The translations under genes and the position numbers were made by a program. A stretch of 64,000 nucleotides of DNA, taken from Zootoca vivipara. Its lineage: Eukaryota. Location: positions 82,646,001-82,710,000 of the forward strand of contig NC_083276.1 of assembly GCF_963506605.1 (NCBI RefSeq), given 5' to 3'. Below are positions 35,508-47,443 of the stretch, in pieces (the first letter of the stretch is position 1; each line of letters begins with the position of its first letter). Below the pieces are notes generated by a model. The model searched no databases, had not been told where the DNA came from, and was given only the letters and a program-made list of their open reading frames with translations.

Positions 35508-37446
35508 CATCCCAGAGAAAGGATCTCTTAAGGATCTTCAGCTCAGTTGGGAGCTAGGAATAAAACTTTTTAGGATTGCGTTGCGTCAAGGCGTCGGTGT
35601 CTCCAGAGCGCGCAGCCATTCAACTGAATGTTTCATTTGCCACTCTAAGAGCAGCTTAGAATTCTCCCCATTCTGAAGCTGATGAGTAGAGAGGAAATAT
35701 TGCTCTTGCCGTTCGGTATGGGCGGGACTCATAGTCTTAGTACCAGATAAGTTACACTTAGCTAGTGTGTGAGTCACTGCACATTCTACCTTGGACTTTG
35801 GTTGTTCTGATTGTTTTGGGTGACTATAAAGGAACTGTTGGTATGTATCGATTTTATGCTTGGCAAGTTGCAACCAGGAGATACTGTGTTGCTGTTTCAA
35901 AGGCTAGAGGCTGCAAGATTGTCCAGGTTCACCATTGTTCCCCTCGATCATATTCCTCCCCTACGAGCTGCATTCCAATTCTGTCCCGCTTAAAGCAAGG
36001 GAGGAGGGTGGGCAAAAAAAAAAAACTGGTGGAGGATCAAGGCAAGAGAAGCTCCATCTGCAGGATCTCCTGCAATCTCATAACTTCAAAGGGAAGTGCA
36101 ACATCTCTCTGCCCCCAATGTGGCGACCCTTCTTGATTCTGTATAATCTGTCCTCCCAGTGAATACATAAGAAAGATGGTTTCTGAAAAGGCAATCCACC
36201 CCTGACCATTGGCTGTGATGGAAAAGGTGTGGATAACCTAATCAAAGGGGAGGGAGTTCAAATGTATATCAAGTGGGTGTGCTGTGGTCATGAGTCTATT
36301 TTGCCCACCCCTTAAGAGAACCACCCTGTTACTTTAATTCCCCCCCCCCTGCACTTAACATAGCAAATGAAGGTTTATCTGCCATGGATATGAATGGAGA
36401 GGAGCTTCCTCAGCTGCATTTCTGTGCACTTAAGCTGGTGTTCAAGGGTAAGTAAAAATGTATCTCTTGTTGTTCTATTCTTCAAAGAACACCTATGATT
36501 TTAAGAATTGCAGCAAGGGCAAAATTTCACCAGACACAACTATTTCCATGCACCTATAAAGCTATAGAAGCCCACACTCACTCAGCAACCCTTATTTCAT
36601 CGTTGAATTAAGTAATTGTGTTCATAGACAGGTGTCAATTTACAAAGCTTTACCTTTGTAAAGCTTCTTATGGACGGAAAGTAGGGTGCAATCTGACTGA
36701 TGGCCTTTTCTTTTGAAGTCCTTCCCTCTGAAACCCTGGTGATATTCTGTGCTACTCCCAGTCAGAAGAGCGCAGCTGAAATCAACAGGCTCAAGGAACT
36801 GAAGTGCATTGATTTCAGTGGGTCGACTCTGAATATGACATAGTTCGATCACCTTTTGTGACTTTTAAACAGAGCATTATTTTATTCCATTTCTTCATGG
36901 GAAGAGGTTTGAGGATCAGAGCCTCTGAGCTTAGAGAGAAAGAGAACACAGCTTGAGAGCAACAAAGAGCACGGGGAGGTGAATAGTTAATGGCCCATTA
37001 ATTTGAACAAAGAAGTTCATTCATATTCAACTCAAAGTAGTAGTAGGCAAGGACTGAGCAGGTATAAACTGGCCACACTCTTCATCATACAGAGGAATGA
37101 GCTCTTTGGAAATGGACACACCACCATTTCCGTAGACTCCTTCATAGGTCCTGCCTGTGTATTTAGCTGCTGCCCAGCCTGCCAAAGTAAGTTCCCTCCT
37201 AGGGAAACAGAAAGCAACCAGATGCTCCCTCAAATTTATAGCAGATAAAAAGATTTATGTGGCATCGAAGCACTGGTGAAAATGTAAGTTTGAATATTCA
37301 ATTAACTCTGTGCAGGTGGCACATGTCTGTATTCAAATTTGCACATGTTTGCTGTGTCTGTGTGTCCATAACAGAGTATGCATGCATTTTTACACTGGCA
37401 TCAGAACAAGGGTCAAATGAGATGGTACACAACTACACAAAGTGTG

Positions 37447-37767
37447 TAAAGGTAAAGGGACCCCTGACCATTAGGTCCTGTCATGACCAGCTCTGGGGTC
37501 GCGGCGCTCATCTCGTGTTATTGGCCGAGGGAGCCGGCGTACAGCTTCCAGGTCATGTGGCTAGCATGACAAAGCCGCTTCTGGCGAACCAGAGCAGTGC
37601 ACGGAAATGTCATTTACTTTCCCGCTTGGAGCGGTATGTACCTATTTATCTACTTGCACTTTTGATGTGCTTTCAAACTGCTAGGTTGGCAGGAGCTGGG
37701 ACTGAGCAACGGGAGCTCTCCCCGTTGCGGGGATTTGAACTGCCGACCTTCTGATCGGCAAGCCCTA
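37447..37767 (-). mobile_element. Sauria SINE
   Basis: (ACCTTT)n tail on minus strand, B-box-like GGTTCAAATCC, body homologous to 50292-50883. Confidence 0.85.
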
Positions 37768-38308
37768 GTGTCTGCTTTTATCTATATCACTTCTGTTCCT
37801 CTGTGGATTTTGTTGAGTATACCATTGTGTGCTACACCTGTGCGCATGTGTAGTCCTGAATGTATGTAAGATATGGGCATGAAAAGGATTTAACAGTGTT
37901 TAATCAATACATGGCTGATGCCCCCATCTTCCTTGCTTTGTGAACTGTTTGAAAAGCACTTTGCCGATATGTGAATTTCCCTATCTTCCATTCTATTCGT
38001 CATCACCATGAGGGTGGATGCCTCTGGCAAAGTGTCCCTGTTTACAATCTCCACCCTCTGCCAACCAATCCTTTCACATTCCAGCCACACCTGCTGTTCC
38101 ACATTCACCCTTGGCCACTCTCTCCCACTGACCTTGTGCTGTGAGCCTCAATTTTTAAATCTACGGCAAAGAAAAGAGTCAGCCTGCAGATCTCAGCGTG
38201 GAAGAGCCCTGCTATACAACTGTCGGAGAAAAGAAGTTATCTCATCTGCCGTTTCCTTGGATCATTGCAAAAGATATCCTTTTGTAGGGCCCTGTGGGGC
38301 TGGTAGAG

Positions 38309-38455
38309 ATGCAAAGAGGCTTAGAGACTCCAGACCAGTTAGGTGCCAACCGGGAGACTCCAGGAATCCCTGAGATCAAAGTTGTTGTAGTAGGAGATGG
38401 AGGCTGCGGAAAGACATCGCTGCTCATGGTCTTTGCAAAAGGAGACTTCCCCAAG
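38309..38455 (+). CDS. RHOD: RhoD GTPase coding exon 1
   Basis: MQRGLE...IKVVVVGDGGCGKTSLLMVFAKGDFPK (P-loop), donor AAG|GTAAGC; possible upstream acceptor TTTGTAG| at 38287. Confidence 0.88.
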
Positions 38456-38674
38456 GTAAGCCCTTTCTGTCCACAGGATTGCTACCACCCATAATCTGCT
38501 TACGATCTGCCATACTACATCCTGTCCAAGGCAAACTGTCCATGCATTCTGTCCAACCTTCAAAGTGGGTTTGGGTTGTTGACTGCCCTGAGGTAATTGT
38601 TCTGGGAACCTCTAGCATAAGGGTGGCGGGGAAACCTTTTACATTCCATTCTAGGTAACCTTGCAGGAGCCATA

Positions 38675-39286
38675 TGTAAGGGTGGGTATCAGGGTCAGGT
38701 CAGCAACGACTCACAAGATATCTTTATTCAAGTCTTTATTCAAAGAAACAAAAATGGCTCAGCCCTAGTAAGCACGGCTACCCTTCCCAGTAAGTCCTGC
38801 CCCAATGAGGCAGTTGCCTTACCACCTGCCTTACCACCGCTCTTTAAGGCTCCTCCTCCTCCCCAGGTTCCTTCCCAAGCTCTCTGAAGCTCATTCGTCT
38901 TGTCTCTCATTGCTCCACCCTCTTCATGCCTCTGTGGGTTCTAGAAGTCCAGGGGGGAAGAGAGCTGAACACAGCAGGAGGGGGAGACCCCCTGACTTCT
39001 TCAACAGCCTGCCTCCACTCTGCCTCTTGGCCCACCCTCCTCTCCAGCCTCCACTTCTGCCTCTGGACTGCTCTCTGCCACAGCCTCTTCCTGCTCACTA
39101 AAGCCTGTTACCACTTCAGCTTCTGGCATCTCCTCCTTCCAGGCTGCTCCCTCTTCTCCCTCTGACCACTAATCGTCATCCAAACACCAATTCCCTTGCT
39201 CTGAGCCTTCTTCCTTTGGGAATTCCCTTGGGGGTTCCCCAGCTGGAGTCTCCCACCACTTCTCTGCGTCCAACCAGTCCATGACA
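38675..39286 (-). mobile_element. Solo LTR (Gypsy-like) nested in a hAT-like MITE in RHOD intron 1
   Basis: TG...CA ends, two minus-strand AATAAA near 38724-38741, flanks CCATA/CCACA. Confidence 0.6.
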
Positions 39287-39651
39287 CCACATGACAGAAA
39301 TGGGCAGGGCCAGAGGCAATTGTGGGTGGAGCAATTTATGTAAATACTAGCTTTGTGCAGGAGGCTCACACTCACCCATCCCTCTCTGTCAACCACCCAG
39401 GCAAGGAAAAGGCATCATCAGAGCTTAAGGACATATTTCAGTCTGGCAAAACTACCCAAGGAGGGTGCAAAGAGGGACTGGTGACAAGGTGGGGTCTGTG
39501 GAAAGGGTATGTTTAATTAATTAAATGTATTAGTTTTATACATTTATGTATGGCCTAGGGAGAATCCTATGGGGCAGATAGAGAGGCTGGGGGTGTCAAC
39601 TTTGGTCTCAGGCCTGAGTTTCCCCATCCCTGATCTAACATGGTGAATTCT

Positions 39652-40499
39652 TTTTTAAAAAAAATAATTATTGAATTTTACATAGAGAGAAAAAGAACAA
39701 AAAAGGGAAAAAAATAAAAAAGAGATACCAAAAATACAGAAAAGAAAAATAACAATATTATCACATCTTATCTCTTCAAGCTTCTTCGCTTCCCCTTCTT
39801 ACAGTCCTTATTAATAATTAACTCTTACCATTTCCAAATCTTAGCTAAACATCATAAAATTACGTCTTATCTCCCATTTCATAACCTTATTCTTAAATAA
39901 TTCTTATTCATTTTATATAGAAGAATGAAGGAAAAATGAAAAGAAAAAAGACCAAAATAAAAATAAAGAGACATAATCATATTTTCCAATTTCTAATCTA
40001 ATCATTTCGGACTTCCTCATTTCCCCTTCTTGAGCTCCTTATTAATCACTAATTATTGCAGTTTCCAAATCTAGTATTACATTCTTTCTTCCAATTTACA
40101 ACTTCTTTTTAACCATTTACCCTTCATACTTCTCTTTACCTTTATTACCCAATATTCTTTACCCTTTTACCCAAAAATATTCATATTTAATTTTCAAAAT
40201 CTTTTCCCCCCTTTCTATTCCCACCCTCGAAACTGGATCTACCCCCTTTCCTTGGAATCGATGTCTCCAGAGATTTCAGCCAGCTCCGTAATGCTTTCCG
40301 AGTTCAAACCGTGTTTTATCCACCTATAAAAAATCACCCCAATTCCTCCTCACCACACTCCTGCTCTATCCCAGTCTAAATTTTGCTCAATCCTTCCCCC
40401 CTCCTCCGCTGTATTCCCAACATTTTATCTTCGATCTCATTCTCTTTCTGCCCCCCACCTGCTTCCTTCTCCCCCTCTCTCACTGGGGTAACAACCTTT
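39652..40499 (-). mobile_element. L1-type 3' tail insertion with duplicated tail
   Basis: 18-bp TSD TCTAACATGGTGAATTCT (39634-39651, 40500-40517); A-rich sense strand; two similar tail units. Confidence 0.7.
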
Positions 40500-41413
40500 T
40501 CTAACATGGTGAATTCTACCAGGCAAGTGAGCTTCTTGTTTTTACAAGGCAAGCGAGCTTCTCTCACCATCTCCTTGGAGTCGTGGGTAATGGGACCCTT
40601 GGTACTTCTCAGGAACTAGTACAGTAGGGAAAACTCAAGCTGTGACTAAGAGTACTACTGGTCAGTGTCACCAGACTTCCTTTCACACACACACAAAAAC
40701 CCCATATTTAGTTGCCAACACTGTTGCTATACAAAACAAGAATTTGTCTGGTGTGCATTTTCCAGTGGTGCCCACTAGGGGTGGTTGGGCGGGAGGCAGG
40801 AGGACCAAAAATAGGTGGAGCCAGAATCAAGGACAGGGAGACCCGACTGATTCAAGTTCTGCCCCATCCTCCTCTTTGCTGACTTGCACCAGAGCAACCC
40901 TGAGGCTGAGGAGGAGGAATCTAATAACCAGATCCACCCCGATGGCTGTTTGTAAGCACAAAGGCAGACAAGTGGGAACTGGCTGAGAGAGCAGACTGAG
41001 GGTGGTGGGTCAGTGCAGTCGCCTCTGGTGTTTTCAAAAGGTAAGCCCACCTGGCAGCAAACACAGCACAGGGATCAGTAGCAGATGGTGGCGTGGGATG
41101 GGATAGGATGGCTGTGCTCACCTGACCACCAGACTTTTCATGCTGCTTACTGGGAAGTAGAAAGGAAGGGGTGGTGCAGGGGTGAGGCCAGTATGGTGCA
41201 AACACAGAAGCAGAGCCAATCTCGTGCTCCTGCCAGCGCATTTGCACTGCGCCAACCTCACCCCTGCACCTCCCAGTGACCAGCAACAATGTGAGGGAAG
41301 AAATGCACGATAGTATCTTGAAGAACAAATTTTGGAATGGAGATAGAATACAAAATGGTCCTTTCTCACAGACAAGGCAAAAACATCTCTTTCTCACCTT
41401 CCTCTTCTTCTAG

Positions 41414-41501
41414 GTTTACATCCCAACAGTATTTGAGAAATATTCAGCCCCCTTCCGCATCAACGACAAGCAAGTGAATATCAGTCTCTGGGATACAGCA
41501 G
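41414..41501 (+). CDS. RHOD: RhoD coding exon 2
   Basis: TAG|GTTTAC...VYIPTVFEKYSAPFRINDKQVNISLWDTA(G)|GTATGT; 88 nt. Confidence 0.92.
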
Positions 41502-42775
41502 GTATGTGCGTCAGGGTAGCTGAAGAAGAGTGTTACGGACAGTCACATTGGAAGGTGACATATTATCAGGTCATCTTATGCTGGGAATGGGTGTGCTGTC
41601 AAGTCATAGAGGCATCATCAACCAGAAGAAAGCTAGGTGTGACACAGATTTCTGCATATTCATTGTGGCCTGGTTGGAAAGTAGGGTTGCTCTTTCATAA
41701 CGACAATTGATTTCGCTATGTCAACTATACAATTATATCAAAATGTGTTTTCCCTTTTACAATACAGTAGTACATTTCTTACCGTGGGCTAGCCGGGGGG
41801 GGGGGGCCTTAGGGCATAAGCCCTGACCCAGACTTGGGAGCATACCAAGGAGCCAAGCAAGCTTTATGAAGCACTTGTGTCAACAGCCCAAGCCGTTTGG
41901 CTGTTCCAGTGATTGGCCAGGGCTTTAATAGGAGCGCCAGTCACAGCAGCCGGAAAATCCCCGCTTTCAGTGTACTGTACCGGTATTCGCATTCTTTTAA
42001 ATGATCATACGCTACATTTTCCGTGTTGCTGATGAGACTCCTTTTGGTTGTGTGAAGCGATACATACATCAAACAAACTGAACGTAAATTAAACTTGAGT
42101 GGGGTGTTACAGATGCTATAAGCTCCCTGACAGAGATTTTTGTTCAAAGAGGCAGTATCAATAGATTGTTAAAATGCTTGGGTGGAACTTCCTTCCCTAA
42201 AATGTCACACAGGTAGTATATATTACTCACTTAGGTGGAAAGAGCCTCATACCCCCCAAACTGCATCGGGAAAATAAGGATGAAAACTCAGGTTAAAGAA
42301 CACAGTATGTGGAATATTTCTTCAAAATAAATTCTCCATTTTTTAATGTAGAGTAGAAAACAGAACAGAAGTTGAACTTAAACATGTAAATAAAACATAT
42401 CTTAATATTTGGAGGGCTTATTTATTTACTTACTTCCAAAAGTCCATATTTTCATGGTACAGCTTCCTGGAAACCTTATTGAGCATTTCCCTGATTTGTT
42501 GCAGGGAGGTTAGATGACATTGGCCTTCGTTCCGCCATTGTCTCCCGAGGTAGATGGATGCCAACCAGTTCTGATTCATTTGTAGGGAGGTTAAATGACA
42601 TTGTATCAAAGCAGGTGTCAACCCCCCTCCCCACCCCACTTCCAGTGCATTTTCTGATCACTTCTCTTCTCGCAAAAATTTAATTCTTTTGGGGAACTTG
42701 GTTTCTTGAGCAAGAGCTCCCAATCAGCAGTAACTGCAAAACCTGAATGTGCCGGTATATGACTGGATCCTAGTA

Positions 42776-43004
42776 CAGTGGTACCTTGGTTTACGAACTT
42801 AATCCGTTCCAGAAGTCCTTTTTAAACCATTCTTAAACTGAGGTGCACTTTCCCTAATGAGGCCTCCCGCCGCCGGTGCCCTTCCACCGTTCGGCTTCAT
42901 TCTTAGACTGAGGTAAAGTTCACAAACCTGGACACTACTTACGGTTTTGCGGAGTTTGTAAACCGAATCGTGAACAGGACTGTTCTTAAACTGAGGTACC
43001 ACTG
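42776..43004. mobile_element. Tc1/mariner (pogo/Tigger-like) MITE
   Basis: TA|CAGTGGTACCT ... GAGGTACCACTG|TA. Confidence 0.85.
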
Positions 43005-43509
43005 TATGTGACTAAATCCCCCCCAAACTATAAGGGTGTGGAAATGTTTCCTTCCAGTAGGTGGCAGCCCAACCAAATTTGCACAAACAATACCTTTACA
43101 GTACTGTTAATTGAAAACACATTTCCCACCCCACCCCTCAAAAAATTCTAGGCATTGATTGTAGTTGGTTTGGAGCTGCTGGAAATTGTAGTTCTGCAAG
43201 CAGTAAACTACAGTGGCTGAAATCCTTTGAGAGAAAGAATGTGCTTTGGCTGTGCTTTAAAAGTATAGTGCATACACAGCCCCAATATGAGGAAGAGAAC
43301 TTTCCTGTGAAAACTGGAAATCTGTTTTGTTAGAAGAGTTATTTTAAAATTTCTGAATTTCAGTTTCCAGAGTAGCCAAGCAGGGCCCTGGTGGTGCTTA
43401 AGTAGGTTATCTGAGACAGGTTTCTGAGGGAAGACAAAAGGGAAAGCCTCCCTCACTCCACTCCCTGCCCTCAGGCACATGTTCTTATTATGAAGGTATC
43501 CTTTAAGTG

Positions 43510-43548
43510 GTCCATGGGGTCACGAAGAGTCGGACACGACTAAACGAC

Positions 43549-43581
<33 letters not shown>
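43510..43581 (+). mobile_element. BovB 72-bp 3' mini-insertion
   Basis: BovB terminal sequence plus (AAC)n; 12-bp TSD ATCCTTTAAGTG. Confidence 0.92.
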
Positions 43582-43583
<2 letters not shown>

Positions 43584-43777
43584 CCTTTAAGTGATAAGCA
43601 TGATAAGATTAACAAGATAGAATGCAATGCAGCAATATTCCCCTAAGGAAATGCAAGTGGTGGCATTTTTTGCTTGCTTAAGTATAAATTAATCAGATGT
43701 TAATGGCTCAAACATTCCATTTAAAACTTCATTTTCAGTAGGAACCTGTTTCCATGCTAACCGTGCAATCTTGCAGT

Positions 43778-44032
43778 GTTGTTGTTTAGTCATTTAGTCG
43801 TGTCTGACTCTTCATGACCCCATGGACCAGAGCACGCCAGGCACTCCTGTCTTCCACTGCCTCCCGCAGTTTGGTCAAACTCATGTTGGTAGCTTCGAGA
43901 ACACTGTACTACCATCTCGTCCTCTGTGGTCCCCTTCTCCTTGTGCCCTCAATCTTTCCCAGCATCAGGGTCTTTTCCAGCGGAGTCTTCTCTTCTCATG
44001 AGGTGGCCAAAGTACTGGAGCCTCAGCTTCAG
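43778..44032 (-). mobile_element. BovB 3' fragment
   Basis: 11-bp TSD AATCTTGCAGT; matches the BovB 3' end. Confidence 0.93.
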
Positions 44033-44307
44033 AATCTTGCAGTAGAAAGGCTGAATTGAAATCCTCTGATTAAAAAAGGTCTAGCCTGATGGACTTGTAG
44101 AAGCCAGTTGGCCCATAACCTGTTAGACTCAGGTCCAACCATCTGTTGTTGATACTACACCACACTTTGACAAGTGTGATCAGCAGAGTATGCGCATCTC
44201 CAGCAGATACTTCCAGCACAACATGCAGAGTCTTCCTGCTTTCCAGCAGCCCACCATTTCCAGAGTTCCCAGTTAAAGCAACTCCTTTCTCACTCAGTTC
44301 AGTTCAA

Positions 44308-44308
<1 letters not shown>

Positions 44309-44342
<34 letters not shown>

Positions 44343-44791
44343 GTCGTTTAGTCGTGTCCGACTCTTCATGACCCCATGGACCAGAGCACGCCAGGCACTT
44401 CTGTCTTCCACTGCCTCCCGCAGCTTGGTCAAACTCATGTTCGTAGCTTCGAGAACACTGTCCAACCATCTCATCCTCTGTCGTCCCCTTCTCCTACGGT
44501 AGTGCCCTCAATCTTTCTCAACATCAGGGTCTTTTTTCCAGGGAGTCTTCTCTTCTCATGAGGTGGCCAAAGTATTGGAGCCTCAGCTTCAGGATCTGTC
44601 CTTCCAGTGAGCCCTCAGGGCTGATTTCCTTCAGAATGGATAGGTTTGATCTTCTTGCAGTCCATGGGACTCTCAAGAGTCTCCTCCAGCACCATAATTA
44701 AAAAGCATCAATTCTTCGGCGATCAGCCTTCTTTATGGTCCAGCTCTCACTTCCATATCTCACTACTGGGAAAACCATAGCTTTAACTATA
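44309..44791 (-). mobile_element. BovB 3' fragment
   Basis: (AAC)n tail on minus strand; TSD AGTTCAAA (44301-44308, 44829-44836) with extra junction sequence. Confidence 0.93.
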
Positions 44792-45459
44792 TAATAGTAC
44801 CGTATATAACTATACTTTGAACTATATAAGTTCAAAGTATAAAGTATTTATTGTCTCAAGGCACAAGACAAGCATAAACATGCTTAGCTACGTTAACTGA
44901 TGCTGGTACATCATGAACTAATCTACTATAAAATACAATTATTCTGGTCTTAGAAATAAACATTTCAAAGATACAAATTTACAGAGAGATCCACTAGCAC
45001 TTTGCCATGCTAGCTCACCATGCTATAGCATGTAACCTTCAGTTTCACAACATTTATACTTCGCACTGAGCAGTGAACACCTCACACCGCTAGCAAAAGC
45101 AGCCTTGGCTTTATACCACCAACACCATCCCACTCCACATACACACATTTCTTAGAGAAAGGGATGGTGGGTGAGTTGTGCTTTAGGCATTTATACTTGG
45201 ACTGTTTCTAACCACCTGGCTCTTTCTCTAAGCAGAACCCAGTCATAGAGGATGTGCACATCAAAACACTGCCCAAGCATTTAGTGCGATTTCACCCACC
45301 CCCCAAATTACACCAACATAGCTGTTAATATTTTGGACAGTGAAATGCAACATGGAAGGGGGATATTTATTAAAAGCATTTGTCCTCGGCAAGGAGCATT
45401 TGCATATTGCGCTATAAAGGTGAAAGCAATGCGTCCAACTTTGTCTCCACTTCACCTAG

Positions 45460-45569
45460 GGCAGGACGACTATGACAGGCTCCGCCCCCTCTCCTATAAT
45501 GGGGCTCATGCAGTTATCATGTGCTACGATGTCACCAGCCCTGCCAGCTTCAACAACATCCTCACAAAG
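45460..45569 (+). CDS. RHOD: RhoD coding exon 3
   Basis: CTAG|GG CAG GAC GAC..GQDDYDRLRPLSYNGAHAVIMCYDVTSPASFNNILTK|GTAAAA; 110 nt. Confidence 0.92.
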
Positions 45570-45805
45570 GTAAAAAGGCCATGCAGTACCTAAGCCAAGG
45601 CTATCTATGAACTCAGTAAGAATAGCTGCCTCTGGAGTCTATGGAATAGGTGATATAAGAATAATGTGATATTGCAGATGGATGTACTGTAGTAGATATA
45701 ATCTGCAGATTTGTACCCAACATTGCTCAGGAATTCTAAGATACCTTTAAAAAATCAGGGTCGTCTTCAAAATGGCATCCAGTTGTACCCTAGCATAGAT
45801 TAAAA

Positions 45806-45941
45806 CAGGCATCCCCAAACTGCGGCCCTCCATATGTTTTGGCCTACAACTCCCATGATCCCTAGCAAACAGGACTAGTGGTCAGGGAAGATGGGAATTG
45901 TAGTCCAAAACATCTGGAGGGCCGAAGTTTGGGGATGCCTG
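45806..45941. mobile_element. hAT (Charlie/Buster-like) 136-bp MITE
   Basis: TIRs plus TSD GATTAAAA. Confidence 0.9.
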
Positions 45942-46318
45942 GATTAAAACCAGCTTGATCACAGAAAACGTGCAAAATTTTGTTTAAATGTCTTAAGAGG
46001 TGTCCAAATGCGTAGCAAACAAACAAATTTCTCGTGTGTGCGTGTGCTATAATCAAATTGGTATGCCAAGTTGGCATGCACACACAAACATTACCAGAGA
46101 CAGCAACTACAGCATTCCTGAAACATTGAAAGAGGGGAAGTAGTAAAGAGGAAAGGCAGCATTTAGCAGATGGCCAGTGGGTGCCTTCTTTAAGGAAACA
46201 ACTCATTTTCATTAATATAGTGAACAAACTAAACATTTTAGGTTGTGGTTCTTCAGAAATACCTCTATTTCTTTCTCTGCTCCTTTATATATCAGGATCC
46301 AGTCCCTCACCACCATGT

Positions 46319-46321
<3 letters not shown>

Positions 46322-46410
<89 letters not shown>
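46322..46410. repeat. (CT)n(GT)n microsatellite abutting the RHOD exon 4 acceptor
   Basis: Direct observation; ends 10 nt before the exon. Confidence 0.95.
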
Positions 46411-46420
46411 CCCCTTTTAG

Positions 46421-46555
46421 TGGTACCCTGAAGTGAACCATTTCTGCAGAGGGATTCCACTTCTGCTTGTTGGATGCAAGACAGACCTAAGAAAGGACAA
46501 GGTTCTGCTAAGGAGGCTGCATCAGGACCAAATAGAGCCCATCACATACCGGGAG
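46421..46555 (+). CDS. RHOD: RhoD coding exon 4
   Basis: TTTTAG|WYPEVNHFCRGIPLLLVGCKTDLRKDKVLLRRLHQDQIEPITYRE|GTAATA; 135 nt. Confidence 0.92.
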
Positions 46556-46671
46556 GTAATACAATCAGCAGATTGCTCCTGTGCGCCAGCCTCAGATGGG
46601 CAGGAGTCAGCACCAACAGACTTCCACACTAAACAAAATGAATCCCACAGACAAATCTCTGCGACACAATA

Positions 46672-47200
46672 GACATGTTGTTGTTTTTACTTCTGCCCAA
46701 GCTTGGTAGAATTTCAGCAATTGAAATAAATCTATTACCCAGGATGCTGTTTTTATTCCCATCAGTCTCAGTTGTAAATAATTCAGGCTGTTTCAAAGAA
46801 TGGAAGAAGGATATTTCTAAAGTTATCTGGCAGGGGGGAAAGCCAAGAATCAAACATAAAATTATGACAGATAAAAAAAGAAAGAGGAGGGTTTGCCCTA
46901 CCAGACCTGCAAATTTATGATGAGGCAGTCTGTTTGTGTTGGTTAAAAGAATGGATTACTGTACATTGGATAATACATGCATCCTGGACATAGAAGGTTA
47001 TGATTTAAAATTTGGCTGGCATGCATGTCTTTGGTATGGGAAGGCAAAAATTTATGAAGGTTTTATGAACCATATTATTAAGAAGAATCTGTATAGAGTT
47101 TGGGAGAAACAAAAATATCTGCTGGAAAGGAAAACACCTTTATAGGTATCTCTTATTGAGGCTATTACTATTAAGAGAGTTAATATGGATAGATGTTTAT
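46672..47200 (+). mobile_element. L1-like ORF2 internal fragment in RHOD intron 4
   Basis: GRISAIEINLLPRMLFLF..VIWQGGKPRIK resembles the post-RT region of L1 ORF2; frameshifted. Confidence 0.7.
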
Positions 47201-47443
47201 TGAGTAGCAGCAGCCTCACCATTGAGATGGTCCAATCCAGGCACCAGCTTTTGTCTTGCCATGAAAGGGCAGAAAATTTCTTACTCTGGGATTCAGTGTG
47301 GATTTTCTGTTTCAGGAAGCAAAATGTCATGGACTACCCCTTATTTTCTTTTTGGTAGGGTCTTTACTCTCCTCCTTTTCCCTAACAAGATCTATGGCAT
47401 TCTCTTCTTCTTCTCTGTTCCCCCTCCACACACACCTTTACAG

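Noticed and set aside
35578-36430. Possible ERV-like LTR upstream of RHOD (also a possible LTR starting at 28521)
   Set aside because: Could not define both termini or a TSD by eye.
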